From Perna viridis (taxonomy: Eukaryota), in NCBI GenBank assembly GCA_037379345.1, contig CM074515.1, positions 10,602,001-10,666,000 on the forward strand: a DNA stretch of 64,000 bases, read 5' to 3'. The translations under genes were made by a program, and so were the position numbers. Under the pieces are notes generated by a model that made no database searches, was not told where the DNA came from, and saw only the letters and a list, made by a program, of their open reading frames with translations. Of this stretch, positions 24,638-39,224 are shown one piece after another (within the stretch, counting starts at the first letter, position 1; each line of letters starts with the position of its first letter).

Positions 24638-27600
24638 ACCTTTATATATATATATATATATATTAGCAGGGCCCCGATGTCTTTAAATATTCATTGCCAA
24701 TTGTTTATTCTGGTTCCTAATCTGGTTCCCTGGCCAATATCATATATTAAGCGATCCAAAGATCGCTAAAACGTATCATACTCATGTCTGTGTTTTTTTT
24801 TAATTTTTTTAATTTTTTGCTTGTATGACAACAGGGAGTTAAAAGATGAAATGATCGGTTAGTAGTGAATTTATGTAATATTACCCAGTTTCCGATTCAA
24901 ACGCAGGGGCTAGTTACAGCTGACTTACTATATAGGTCATATACATTATCAGGGCACCGATATGTAGCCATTGCTAGTTGTTTAATTTGGTTCCTAGTTG
25001 TTTTGATTGAAAGCATTCGGGTCATCACGGTTATGAAAGAGTAATCATATCAAGGGAACCAAGATTCTTACAGAAGTCACTCAATATCGCATTCGTGCCA
25101 TTTCGGATGTTGAAAGTAAGCCAAAATCAGTGGCAGAGAATATTTGACTATTAGCGACTTTGAAGACTCTTTGATTTTCATTAGGCCTGGATATGCTTGA
25201 TTTGCAGTTTACACACACTTCAGTCCTCTGTTTCTTTAGTTCCATTTTCATAAATATGTGTACTTTGGGAAAGACTCGACAAGTTTATCTAACCAGTACC
25301 AAATCTCACTTATATTTTTGCTGTTCAAATATGTTCAAACTAACACATACAGTTTTCTGTTGACTTTCTGTTATTTGTCGTACAAAAAAATCATGTGTTT
25401 TAATATTTATGGAATATGACACATCAGCTGAGTTCATCCAGTAAGTCTGGTTAAAAGTACTTTAGATTTGCACTTCCTAATGAATGCATACTGCAATGTC
25501 TTTTAGATCGCATTTCTGTTGTTAATATAATAGTGTTTTCTTTTATCCCGGATATTAGCTGACTAGTTGTGACAAAAGGACCTGATTTACTGCTGGATGA
25601 CCGGTCCGCAGTTAATATGCCTCGGTCGTTATTGAAATTGTCAAGGGGATACAAATGTCTAGTTTGTAAAGAACAATTGTTCCATCACGCTGACACAAAA
25701 AGCCTACAAAATTACTATATCAAATTAGTTTTGGGTGTTAATGATTCTTTGTTGCACGTGTTCTATATGCAATTATTGTAGCTCTTTATGGATTCACAAT
25801 GAAAATCCTGGTCTATGTAAGGAGTGACTAAGTATAAATGTCTGACGGCCACTAACAACTGCATTTAATTGATGTTTGGTGTGAGTTAAGTTTCAAATGA
25901 TATGTTTTGCACAAACAGAACACGGGGAATAAACCGCATATCAATCAAACTTCTGTAATTTTCTCCGATAAGATAAAATACGAAAAAGTGATGCACAAGA
26001 TTAGCATAATCACATAGTGGTACTTAAATATATGTCAGTGTTTTAAGGCAGTACTAAAAAACTCCCAAAATATTGGTGTCAAACACTAAAACATCTCTAA
26101 AATTTATCTATACTATTTTTACGGACTAATTTTGGATTGCTTTTAAATAAGATACGTAGTATTCTTGTTTGTTTTAGTTTTTTTTTACAAATTTCAGTTA
26201 ATATTCCACAACATAGGACCAATACTTTCATTCGTATTTACAGGTTGACGGACATTTTCCACGTTATTCATTCAGTCATTATTGCATCATTCCGAGACTG
26301 AAATAGTAGCAGTGGCGGATCCAGAAATTTTGCAAAGGAATGGGCTAAAATGATTTACTGTATATTTCTGTATAATCAACCAAACCTTTGGAGCACACGG
26401 GCTCCATGACTTCCCCCTATCCACCTTTGAGTAGAGTTGCACTCTACAGGAATGCTTAAAATGCTGAAATAGTTTCTGAACCGATTAATATGGAAGAGGA
26501 AAATAGGTTTTATTTCAATCGGTTTTCTAATCTTGGAAATCAATGGCTTGGAAGTTTTTAAATGAAAATTTTGACATGATGTGTTAGAGAATAATTTTCT
26601 ATTGGTCTTTGTTTTGTTATGAATCCAAGCAGTAAATTAAATTTTGAAATAGAACCTTTTGTTTTAGGAACAAAGCAGTTACATAAATATTGACGATATA
26701 TTAGTATTTTTTCATGCCCATATGTTGCCCTATTGCCAAGAAGGGAAAACAAAACAAAATGTAATCTAGTGGATTAATTCCACCGTGAAATAATGTTATC
26801 AAAAACTCATGACTGTAGAATAAATCATTTCCAATGTTTTTTCCTCATCAAGGAACTGTCTGTTGGAAATGAAATATTTGTTTAAATAAACACTCACAAG
26901 TATCAAACAAAGGGACATTATTTTCCAGTTTCCAGAAACATAACAAAATATATCAACATATGGTTTCATAGAATGTCATTATTTTATCATATATGGACCT
27001 CGTATATGTCAAAATATCGATTAGCATCTCGAGTAGTTTGACAGAGATTCCAAGAAAACAATGCTATACAAGCATACCAAGATGACCACGCAAATAAACC
27101 ATACAAAGTACATTCTGGTAAAATTTCCTTCCATCAATTATTACATGAGGTACAAAAAATCGAAATACAATAACCCGGATGTGCTTTGATTGTCTTTTCT
27201 ATAGGAATTTTGAGTCAACTTTTTTAAGGTAGAGTTATCGATGGAATTAAAGTTATGTTGTGTTAGAAAAGGAATATGACGGGCATTGTGAGCCTGACTG
27301 TTGCCCACAAGTAAAGATGACAACCACTATGACCTCTAGAGGTGACCTGTACGGGCATCTAATCAGCATTTTATCAGAGGAAAATCCCAATTAAATAACC
27401 CAAATTAGATAGACATTAGATAATTGTATTATACAACAATACTTTATTGAAAATGTCCGGTGCTTGTCACTCATTTTGAAATTTTGAATCAATTTTTCGC
27501 GTGACCTTTCAACTTTATCAATCTTGCCTGACAACCGAAACACGGAACAAAGAGTCATGTCTGAGATGTAAATTACGCAATAAGCGTGATTGCTTAATGA

Positions 27601-28129
27601 AAGAGCACATGAAATGTGACCCTGCCAAAATTAGAAACCACAAAGCGGGAATGATTTAGATAGAAATATTAAAAAAATTGTTTAAAAACAAATGCATAAT
27701 TCAACTCCACCAGTAACGTTGGTTCTGGCATAATCCTAACAGTTTATAACTACACATAGTTTACATGTAATCCTTGTTGGTTTCCTTTTGAGAAACTGGA
27801 ATTGAGAATTCGGACCATATGCTCATCAAACTGACAAGTGTATTTTGATGACGGTTCATAGGTTATCCTCGATTCGGCTTATTTTGATGCCTTCATTAAG
27901 TATGAAAATGACATGCTAATGATTAATCAAAATTGTAGCGTCAATCTGTGGTCTGTTTTGAAACGAATGCAATGCTAACAAGAGGAAGACATTTGTGTTA
28001 TAGAGTTTCTTTTTACTTTTGGCTCTTTGAGATAAATTAGTTTCCTTTTTGTTTTCTTCTTGTACGCACGATGTTGTCGGAGGTGGATGTAGTAAATAAT
28101 AGCAGTAACAAGACATACTGCTATCACAC

Positions 28130-28345
28130 TCTCCTTTGAAGAGATAGTGGAAAATCCGTTCTACCCTCGTTTGGTCTCTTCACAAAAGACGATGATGGTT
28201 ATCTACTACCCATGTATTGGATTCCAAAACTCCACAAGAATTAATTCAAACAAGGATTCTTAGCTGGATCTGCGATATATTCTACAAGCCTCTTTCGAAA
28301 CTAGTAACTTCAATATTTCCAGTTGTAAAAGAGGGTCTTCAGTGG
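28130..28345 (+). mobile_element. Degenerate Penelope-like RT fragment
   Basis: Frameshifted MYWIPKLHK...FLAGS...KPLSKLVTSIFPVVKEGLQ, homologous to the 29164..29388 peptide. Confidence 0.7.
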
Positions 28346-28527
28346 TTTCAATTAAGTTTGAATCCTGAAATGTTGGAAAGATCGCCTGGAAAACCTCCCT
28401 TGCTAGATTATTATTGGAATATACATGTATGTAATAGCATTAAAGATGTTATAAAGATGACCTGTTGTCCTTAAACAATCATAGGTTGGGGTTTTTTTAT
28501 ACATTGCATCTATCACAAAGTATGAGA

Positions 28528-29730
28528 GAGAGTAATCAAAGGAACCAAGATTCTAATGGAAATAAAAAAGAATGTAATCCAGGGACAAAGACCAAACATG
28601 GAAAACAGAAACACACAACAAAGAATATACAATAAGAAAAATACTACATACAAAGTATCAAAAGTGAATAAGCAAATCGGACTCCACTAAAAACATCCTT
28701 TGTCTCAAGTTCTTTCGGGTAGATGCGATGTATAAAACCCCGAAACATGTATTTTTAAATATAATATCGTTCATCTATATAGCGAAAACTGAGAATAAAG
28801 GATCGATTTTCCTTCTTTTGGATCAGATCAGCTGTAAAGTCAGCCTAACAAGAGTGAAGGAATAGGTCAGCAATTATAGGAGCACAATTTGTTCCCATTG
28901 GAATGCCAACTATTTGTTGAAAAACGCGTCCACCACACTGGACAAATATGACTTGTTGTCAATAAAAAAATGAACATTTTGAAAACATTTTCTTCAGTAT
29001 ATTTGGAAGATGATTTGAAAAATTGTTTTTAACGAAGTATGTGGAACCTCTACCAAGAACTACATATTTGTAGCTAGGTGTACCGTCTTTCTCGGAGTAA
29101 TAGCAATGTATATGATTCTAAGTCGAGATTTTAAGTGAGTATGGAGAATAGAAGAATAGGGAATTAAAAAAAATGATAAATTTTAATTCTATTGTGTTCT
29201 GATAATAACCTGAAATTTAGGGTTTCCGTAAGAACTTTCGAATTTTTCAGGATCCACATTGAAATGACACCACTACAGGAGTAACAAGTGTCGTGGTAGG
29301 ACTGGAGACCCTCTCTGACAGACGTGAGTAAATAAGTCAAAAGTGTTGAAAGAGGTTTGGTGGTACATTTTGCGGATCCAGCTATCATGGATGTAATACG
29401 TTTTGCAGAAAAAAAAACAATGTTGTTTTGGGTTTTGTCTGCTGGTACAACATATTTGTCATGTATAGTACATAATGTTTTGCTACATCATGGTCTTTGA
29501 AAACTGATGTAGCATTGACAGTATTGACATATTTCAGCCTTGCATACGTTTCGAAGATAAAAACCTCACAGCCTGTACCCACTCAGATAGTGAATCAATA
29601 TCTACTTGTTCTCGTTTTATCCATTCTCTTGCGTAGTCCCCCACAGCATCCAAAACTTTAAAGTTATAATTCTATCTATGGAGCGTGATTTACGGTACTT
29701 GGGCCTTTAGAAAGGATCTTATAGAGAGAT
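28528..29730 (-). mobile_element. Degenerate Penelope-like (Naiad/Chlamys-type) retroelement: N-terminal region, RT core and 3' tail
   Basis: Frameshifted minus-strand motifs in order: LSKGP (about 29700), SLSEWVQAVR, VPADKTQNNIV (about 29430), IAGSAKCTTKPLSTLLT...MWILKNSK, IFVQCGGRVFQQIVGIPMGTNCAPIIADLFL (about 28860-28950), FRYID (about 28775). Tail at 28528-28695. Clade assignment is from remembered motif similarity. Confidence 0.85.
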
Positions 29731-29834
29731 TCGTGACAAAAAGGACACCAGAGAAACTATGTAGTCAGCCTCATATCTTAACCTTTTTTTAGAGATCGAT
29801 GGAAAGGAAAGCTCATGAACAAACTGTACAACAA

Positions 29835-30490
29835 AGGCTGTGAATTCTTTATCTTCGAAACGTATGAAAGGCTGAAATATGTCAATACTGTCAATACTGT
29901 CAATGCTACATTAGTTTTCAAAGACCATGATGTAGCAAAACATAATGTACTATACATGACAAATATGTTGTCAACTTTCTTTTCAAACTACATATTTTCA
30001 GCACCTGCGTATGAAATTTTCATATCACAACTCATACGTCATGCCATAGCTGGCCTAAATTACGCGGACTTTTTTTATATTTACAATTAGGTTTCTGGGA
30101 CAGGGTTATGTTTCTACAAGACTAAAGAAGTTTTATGATCGTCATCATGACTCGTGTATCGTTATGGTATTTCAATCTGCACGTGGGAACCGATTTGTTC
30201 ACCGTGTCATAGTTTACCTAATAACTTATTTCGTCTTTCCCAGATGTTACATTTTATGAGCAAATCGGCGGGTGTTTCTAGAAAAGAAGATGAAGCTTAA
30301 CCTATTGGTGCATCTGATCTATGATCCCAGTTTTTAGTGGCGCTCGGGTTGCTTACTTACTTTTGTTTCTTAGTACTTGCTATTTTTTTGTGTTCTTTGT
30401 TGTGTATGTGTATTTTTCCTGCCTAGTTTTTATCCTTGGAATATATTCTTTTGATTACCACTCGAATCTATGTTCCCTTGATTACTCGCT
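29835..30490 (+). mobile_element. Inverted, internally deleted copy of the same Penelope-like element (N-terminal piece, thumb region, 3' tail)
   Basis: 29835-29970 is the inverted copy of 29448-29574. It is followed by SAPAYEIFISQLIRHA...YADF (PLE thumb-like) and the family tail. Confidence 0.8.
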
Positions 30491-32559
30491 AACACTTGAA
30501 TTCTGCATAATTCAGATTTTATAAAAAAGGAAGTTATTCTAAATCTCATGATTTAATGTATAAACAAAACATTGAGCAGAATATCAGACAAAATGGTTCC
30601 ACTTGTTGCCTTTCTTGCGATTACAAATCCACACTGTTAAATGAGACAAGTGCCTAAGTTTGTGTCTGTGGGAATGTTCTCATGATACAATATGCTTGTT
30701 TTAAGGTCGATAGTTCACCGGTGTTAACAAGTGAATTACTAAAACAAAACGGATTGATCCTTCATTTGTCAAAGCTGACATATTGGTTTATGAAGAACGT
30801 GGTCCAATTATGCTATTGTCCTACCACTGCAGCCAAATCCTGTTAGAGAAGGCAAACATATTACACTCGTTTGGTCGGCTTTAATAACATACCATGCAAC
30901 AGTACAGGAAAGGTTAATTGAAAAGACAGTAGGGTTAAGACTAGATTAGTGGGACCTGGAAATAAATATGGCGTTATGCACTTGTCGCTGACGCTACCAA
31001 TCCCTTGGCAATCTGTTATCAACAGATAACACGATAAAATGACACGACGCAATCCGAATGACAAATCATTTCCGAACATCATGACCGATCTTGTTACTTA
31101 ACATGCGATTGAAAATGTAGGTTGATTCATGTCAAAAGTTTTGTCTGTACTATAGTTAAATTGGAAATATGCAGATGACCCCACCATCCATAAAATCAAA
31201 GGGACATTGTACAGGAAGTGGATGTTGCACTGAGCTAAACATTTCACTTAAAACCATGCAATCAAACTGAAACTTCAAACCAAATAAAAAAAAAAAAACT
31301 AGATATGGCACAAACAATTGCATACGAAATTTCCCATCAAAAGTAACCGAAACCTTTTTGTGTTGCGGCGCCTATTTGCGAAATCCTGAAAAGAAAAAAA
31401 ACAATGGAAAGGTTTACGTCACGGCAAGCAGGAATTTAAAAAGATTGTCAGTGAGTGCTTAATATACACGTTATACAAACCTTCAGCTGAAGCTGCAAAC
31501 CAAATTTCAAATATTCCCATGACAGCTGCTTATCTAACAAGGAAGTGCCTAAATAGGACAAAGTGACATAAATTTGAACATTATGATTATCGGAATTCGA
31601 AATTCTATGGGCGGGGGAGAGAAATCAAAGACAGAAACGGAAACTAAAAAGAAATTACAGACCCTTGGACACTAGTGTTTAGTTTTTAGGGTAGATGCTT
31701 CATGTCGACAATTAGGTGATGTTTTTCTTTTCACCGTCAACTTCCTTGTTATTGAAATAACATTCCATTCTTGCAACAAAACTAATGTCTATTTTCATTC
31801 TTTTGAAATTCTTTATTTTCTAGACTTGTATTTTCGCATACTAGAATTTGTTTGCTTTAGACTTAAAATATGCCAAACGTATTGGTTCTCTTTTATGTTT
31901 TTTTAATTTCAATGTTTCAAAGAGAATCGATGTAAGATATGCTAAATCTTGTTTATACCTCCTGTCACGTCTCGTAAGTCATTATAAATATCCCAACTTT
32001 CATAGCCAGTGTTTGAAGTGGCACACGCCGTTTTTTACCCATTACCGCCAGTTTCTTAGGAAATAGAGAATTAACTCCATATCATTACAAGGATTATTAT
32101 TTTTACAGAAAAGATAGATTTTGTATAACCCTACATGAAATTTCATTATTTTGATTGATCAGCTAATTTTAAATGCACGTGCTTTATCTTAGGATGCTGT
32201 GAACACATTCATCATGTCTTAATCAATAGCGACGTAAACGTCATTCCGACAGTCTACTGTTGCAGGAACCACTTCTCTGCTGCAACTACATGTTGACAAG
32301 AAAAAGACAGTTTGAAATTACAAGCAAGATAGCAGATGACGGTTTGATCCTTGAACAGACAAAAAAATTGACTGATTATTATATATTTTACTGTGCTGGG
32401 ACATGACACATTATTATACTGTTTATTTAAGTTAAGTTGTCGTGGCGACACAATGGAAAGCTATATCATTACTTTAAATAGTGGAGGGGTTATGTGTTGA
32501 CCCCAACTTCTCGTTATGCTGTGCCGTGAAACCCTAAACAGACCACTCCCTGTACAGAC

Positions 32560-32730
32560 CAAACAAGGACAGTTATACAAGACATCCGCTACTCTTCTAG
32601 ATACTCTTGTAATTCAGTTGTATTTCTTTGTTCAAGTTCGTTGATGCTGTTGTAATGTAATTTTATCTGAAAGGGCCTATGATCATTGGCTAATAAAAAT
32701 ACTCATTTCTATTCTATTTTATTCTATTCT
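32560..32730 (+). mobile_element. Possible 3' end of a LINE with an (ATTCT)n tail
   Basis: AATAAA at 32692-32697 followed by an ATTCT-like microsatellite at 32706-32730. No coding remnant recognised. Confidence 0.35.
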
Positions 32731-35700
32731 TTTCTGTATAAAACTAATTGGAATACATTTAAAAAGAAACTTAAGTTCACTTCAGTTTGGTTCACAAAAA
32801 AAATAGAAAAAAAATAGAAAAAAAAATGCATACATTTCAGAAATCTTTCAGTACAGTCACAGGATCGTAAAATCCAAGGACTTCATACTGCACTGCAAAA
32901 TCTAAGGTCTATTAAATGTACGTGGTTGCACTATCCGCCACAGCTCCCACTACAGGTTATCAGCTTTATCTATATTTCCCGCCATTTGTCATCCTACAGA
33001 ATCTTACTACCTGGCCTGCAGTTAAGTGGGTTCCAAATGATTTTATTTAAAAAATGAAACATGCGACTACCGCTATTTTGATCCGTTTTTGGTGTGTTTT
33101 CCAGTACTTATGGTGATCAAATTCCTTTCGCTCTCCCAGGGTTGTCAAGATCGGGTTCATCAATGTTACCTTTCAACAAATATTGCCCATGTCCCTCGGA
33201 CTACAGAGGCTTGCTCCCACCATAAAAAATTCAGCCGATCTAGTATATAAACATGAGAAGGGTGACAGAAGTTCAGCACAGAAAAACAACTTACATGTAT
33301 GTGCTGTTTAAATTAAATTGGCTCTTGCATAATCCATTAAATTAAGCAGTGAAGCGATAACTGAAAGAATGTTGAAGACAATAGAATATTCACAATTTAG
33401 AATGACAAATTGAAAAAAAAATTTGTCATATGCAATTGCTTGGTCTTGATTCCTCAATGTATGTCTAAATACCAGATACAATGTATGCTTGATAGTGTCT
33501 GTAGTGGCATTTATTTCGAGGATTTGAGTTAGATGTGATGTAGGAAATTGCTTAATTTAGGATAATTTTTTGAAAAAAAACATCACCTAAGTTCAAACTG
33601 GAAATGAAGGACCTGGCTAAATGTTGCTCTTTCTTTTGAACAAAATAAACTATTTCAATTCTGCCTAAAAGGAGTGGAGGAACGAATTGTCAAATAAAAG
33701 GCCACAATTCATTCAATGTGGAATAACCTCTAGATCTGTAATATGTTGTCCATAAGAAAATAATTTATTAAGTTGATATTTCATGGTTCACTGCATTTGG
33801 ACCTTTAGGGGGACATTGAGAAGAGAGGTGCTATCTACAACACTTGAACTCTCCCAAAATCACAGTCTGAATTGAAAATTATGACAAGGACATTTTGGTC
33901 ATTAAGCTTGGTCAATCCTTTACTTATGTAATTAACTTTGAAGGGATTTCACTGGGCACATATTTATAATAAAGGTTATAAGCTACAAGTAAATTAATTA
34001 TATCAATTCATTGATTGGCAAAAAGTGACCATTTCTCTTCCTAACCATTCAGACCTATTAGTTTGGATAAAGAGTAACAGTTGTTATTGGTTTATATAGT
34101 CTGTCTCAAAAGATGAGTCCTTTTTATATAATGTTTGCAAACTCATGCAAATGAACTTGGTTTACTATTTTATACCATATCCATGTAGAATATGGAGGAT
34201 GAAAACTGAGATTTTAAAAGCTATTGATGATATACATCTACAAATTGTATTCATCAAGTTATTGATGAAAAGAGTTTTTTGGGATATAACATTTATGGCA
34301 TAATCTGTTGTGTCAAATCTGTTAGTCATTATACTGTTTATTTCTTCTCTACAGTATAATAGACAGTGAAGGAAACTAATGCATATTAGGACTTTTGAGT
34401 TAATGACATTAACTTAATAGGGATTCTTAGTCATTACTGCTATGTAACTCAGTTAGAGTTTAATTTTGTCAGGGAAGTAAATTTAAAGTGAAGAAATCAA
34501 CGTTAACGTTGAAAAAGCCGAAGGGTAAAAATTCTTGTCTTTAACCATTACTCTTTAATTTGAAATTATGTGAGGGACTTTTTTGATGATAAGAAAATTA
34601 GTAATTTGAGTTATCCATTTAGTGATTTTTTTGGAAAGATTTATCTGAATTTAACGAAATGATAATCTTGCTTTTGGAACTCCATATAGCTAATGAGTTT
34701 CCATTAAATCTTATTAAGAAGACAGGCCTGGGCCATTCTCCAGGGTGAATTTTATACATTGTACTTGTGTTGATTTTTATCAAATGTTCAAGAATTGAAA
34801 TTATCCAAAAGGGGGATGGGGATGACTCCCCATACAAAATTTTAAAATATGATTTAATGTTAAAACATAGTAATAAATTATCAATAAAATTGATGATCTA
34901 ATATTGTATTTTCAACAGAAATGAATATGATTCATATTTTGGCACCATACAAGTAGCCCTGTCTGGTGTTTTAGTAATACTAGCCAAGTTGATTTCCTGT
35001 CATATGATGGGTCCCTGTGGATGATGCCATTTGTAACTTGTCAGGCTGTATTGAATCAAAGTACTGAAGTACTGAGTCAATGAAGCCTTTATATTTTGCT
35101 CTGTTTCATACTGCACAATCACATTTCTAATCATAAAAAAAGGATTGTAATATTTTGAACTAGGGAAAGTAATATTTTTACCATTCTTTCTTTTGGAAGA
35201 ATTTCTTTTTCAAAGACCGTTTATTAGCTGAGCAGCCATGGCTTCACGAGTTGACAAGACTCACAACCTTTTCTTACTTTTCACACACACAGATTTGACG
35301 GTACATATTTAAAAATATACATGTTAATTCACTCTTCCATGTTTTTTTTTTTGCTTTTTTAAAACACCTAACTACATAGCTTTTGCTTTTACTTATCATA
35401 GAATGGAAGCAAATATTTATACAGCTCCAAGTTCTTCCTTGGTCATGCATGGACAAAGACTCTTTAGTTAAACCACTGTTGAATCCTATGTTTCTGTGTC
35501 AAAGCATGTAAATTTGCCATTTTTGGTGTCTAATTACTTTCAAAATGAATTATTACCATACAATCAGACCAAATCTTCAACATAGTAATTCACCCAAAAC
35601 CAAGGATCTTTCACCTCTACTAAATAGAGTTACTAACAGAGCCTTAAAATGGATCAGTCCTGCGAGACGCAAAAAGGGTATTCAATACTGTGATAGGAAC

Positions 35701-37340
35701 AATCTGTGTTTTCATGTCATTCAAACAACTTGTATCTTTCAGTACTAATGGACCCCATATATTTGTTTAATGGCTAAATCAGATAACTAGCAAGGCCCAT
35801 CCCTATTAAATGCAATGCTGTCAAAATATTCTAAATAAACAGGAACTGAAAACTTCTGGTAAATAACATTTTTACTATCTATTCTAAACTTAGACAAAAA
35901 CAGGTACATTACTCAGTTTTCAACATGTGTTGTTAATTGTAAATATGTGTATATGTATTAAGATGACAAGCAATGATATGAATACATCAATTGAAACCAG
36001 GTTTTTGTACTGTTTACAAGTAACACATTGTAAAGAAGTCGAAAAAAAAAAAAAAAAGCCAACACAGTAAAATTTATTCTTTTTACTTATAATTTTCTGC
36101 ATTTCATTCTGGAAATAAATGCGTCAGAAAAATAATACATGTTACAAATACCTGTACTTTAGCTGTTCTTGCATAATTATAAATTGATTAAAAAAGTTCA
36201 AACCTTCTTAAGTTTGTAACGTGAATATAATCATACGTTACACTGCAAAAAGGGTAAATTATCAGGACTATGAGATCATGATAGATGCATACCTATTTAT
36301 CATAAACTAACAGAGTACAAAGAACATTTTACAAATATTGTATATCAGTGCTATAAAAAAATTAAACAGGATTAATACATGATAATTGTCTGTTGAGATG
36401 CATGCAGGGTGACGTGAAAGTACTGTACTAACAGGTTGACTTGTGGAAAAAAAAAGGATTCATTTTTCCTTCAATATTAAAATATATGAAACGTAATCCT
36501 CAAAAAATATTTTTAGCTGTTTTAAGTCTACATCTAAAAATTGTCAGGCAAATTAAAGAATATATTTAGATTTGTCATGATGCTCAACTAGAGAAATCCA
36601 AGATGGCGGGGTGACGCGAGGGTACTAACGGGGTCTACAGATACAGAGAAAAATATCCATTCTTTCCCTCAAGATAATCAAAACTTGTTCGCAAATAGTA
36701 TCTGCAATGAAAGAATTGTGTCTACATTAGGGAGTGCTTTCGTGCAGTAACCCACCTTATGTAATCAAACTATTTCCTGTTTGGTGTCCCCTTCAGCTTC
36801 AGAAACTTTTCTTCTAAAGTCACGCGAGATATTCATATGCATGAGATGGCCGGTCACTAACAATTTTTCACCACATGATCAACAGTCGGAAGAAACAAGT
36901 CATTAAATAGTTTGTAAATATTACACGGATTTCTAAATAAAATGGAAAATGCGAAATTTCCCTTGCATGCTGTTTGATTAACTATCAATTTCATGGTTAT
37001 TTTTACTCCTTTCCATTTTACATTTCACTCTTTTCTATTTGCAATGTTATTGATCGCGGATGCATGTGAGTGCAACCACAAATTATGATATTTAGCAAGA
37101 TTTTCATGTGATGCCTAGGTCAATTTCAGCCACTGTCATGGCTTCATTGACAGATATGGAAGGAGTACACATGTATACATCACCATAATTTTTTTTGCAA
37201 GTATTCGAGCTCAAAACTTGTTACTTGTTATATTGTGTGCTTTGCACTAATCTGTTTTATCTGATAATCATATTGCACAGTTTGTTTTTTTTTCCCTCTA
37301 AAATTCAGCTACGTGTGTATGAGGAGTTGATTTTTCATAC

Positions 37341-37562
37341 TTTAAAGGTGGTTTCAGGGGCCTTAAAATCCATTTTTATATACTTTATAGCATGGTTTCA
37401 GGGATCTTAAAATCTGTTTTTATATATTTTAGAGCGAGCAAGGTTTCAGGGGTCTTAAAATCTGTTTTTATATATTTTAGAGGAAGGTTTCTGGGGGTCT
37501 TAAAATCTGTTTTTATGTGTTTTAGAGCAATATTTCAGGGGTCTTAAAATCTGTTTTTATAT
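37341..37562. repeat. About 45-bp minisatellite, about 5 units; orphan units near 42110-42170
   Basis: GGTTTCAGGGGTCTTAAAATCTGTTTTTATATATTTTAGAG repeated. Confidence 0.88.
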
Positions 37563-37952
37563 GGTCGCAAAAAAAAATTGTCATTGTCAGAGACACTCGG
37601 TTTTTGTGTGATAACTTGAGTATTGGTTGATCTATATAAAATTTTATAACAAGTTTCAAACTATAACAGAAAGGTTGGTATTGATTTTTGGGGTTATAGC
37701 CCCAACCATTTTAGATTTAGAAGCCTAAAATAAGCATTTCATAGAATTTCCTGTTAAAGTGTAGGAATGTCAATAATATTGTTTCACAGTATTCTACACC
37801 ACATTGGTCAGACTGATTCTTTTGGGGTGAAGTTCAAGTTGATTCTTTTGGGTGAAGACTTGAACTTTTCATAAATTAGGGGCTAAAAAGGGAGCCAGAA
37901 ACCTGCATATTCCTGATGTCAAGACAATAACTTCATTTTTGGTCTGATTTTT

Positions 37953-39170
37953 AGAGGCCAGGTGAGCATTTGCCGTCACTTGGCCTCTGTCATTGTTCGT
38001 CGTTGTCCATCGTCTGTTGTTGTTTACTATTTTTCAAAACGTGAAAAAAAACTTGACCAATTAAAACCAAACTTGGTATGAATGTTTTTTAGGGTATTCT
38101 GCATAGAACTGATTTGTGGCTTTTTGATATGTAAAAAATATGGCTGCCATTACTAAAATTTGAACATAGGGGTCAGACAGAGCTTTTTCACATATATCAT
38201 ACTGTTCAGCATGATGAGATCTATCAGCAGTCAAAATTTCGTTTTAATCTGCTTAGCCATGTTTCAGTTATTGCCCTTTTTCGACGTATTTTCCCCTATT
38301 TTTATTGTTATTTCTTTAAAAAATTATTCTCTTCTTAAATTACTCGACCAATCAGAACCAAACTTGGTATGAATGTTTCTTAGGGTGTTCTGCATAAAAC
38401 TGATGTGTGGATCTTTGATCTGCCAGAAAACATGGCCACCATTACTAAAAATAGAATATAGGGGTCAGACAGAAGTTTTTCCATATATCTCCAAAGCTGT
38501 TAGTTTGATATGGGGGTAAAAGTATTTAGCATGATGAGATCTATCTGTGGTCAAATTTTTGTTTTATTCTGTTAAGCCATGTTCCCCCTTTTTGATGTTT
38601 TTTTCCCTATTTTTAATGTTATTTCTTTCAAAAATCTTTTCCTCTGAAACGTCTTGACCAATCAGAACCAAACTTGGTATGAATTTTCCTCAGGGTGTTC
38701 TGCATAGAGCTGTTGTGGGGATTTTTTTATCTGTTGAAAAACGTAGATGTCATTATTAAAAATAGAACATAGGAGTTACACGTAGGTTTTTTGCATATAT
38801 CTCCAAAACCAAAAAGCTACACCAAATTGTATTCATTGTCGCAATAATCTTCATTTTGTGGTTTACAAGAGCCTGCATTGGGTCAAAGATTCCTTGTTAG
38901 AGTTTTACCCTTGAAAGGTGAAAAATATTGTTTTTTTTACATGTTTATTCAATAACTTGAAAAGTTAGATAGATAGAAAGCAACTTTCAATTGATGAAAT
39001 GAACCTTATGATCAAGCTTATATTAGTGAGTGGAGATCCAAGTTGTCGGACGACTTCTTGTTAGAAAAATTGCCCTTGAAAGGCGAAAAATGATGTTTTT
39101 AGCAGTTTTCAGCCAATATCTTGAAAACTATAATAGATAAAAAGAAACTTTCAATATATGATATGGTCCT
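37953..39170 (+). mobile_element. Helentron/HINE-type element, 5' part with 3 internal units of about 290-310 bp
   Basis: Starts AGAGGCCAGGTGAGCATTTGCCGTCACTTGG. AACCAAACTTGGTATGAAT recurs at about 38065, 38356 and 38666. Reverse-complement homologue of 18561-19470. Confidence 0.85.
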
Positions 39171-39224
39171 TTTTTAAAAGTAGCAGTCCACCTAAGAATC
39201 ATGCAGTGGGTGATTTATCGATGC

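Noticed and set aside
25569-25781. ORF containing YKCLVCKEQLFHH, zinc-finger-like
   Set aside because: His spacing does not fit C2H2, the start is not ATG, and there is no splice support.
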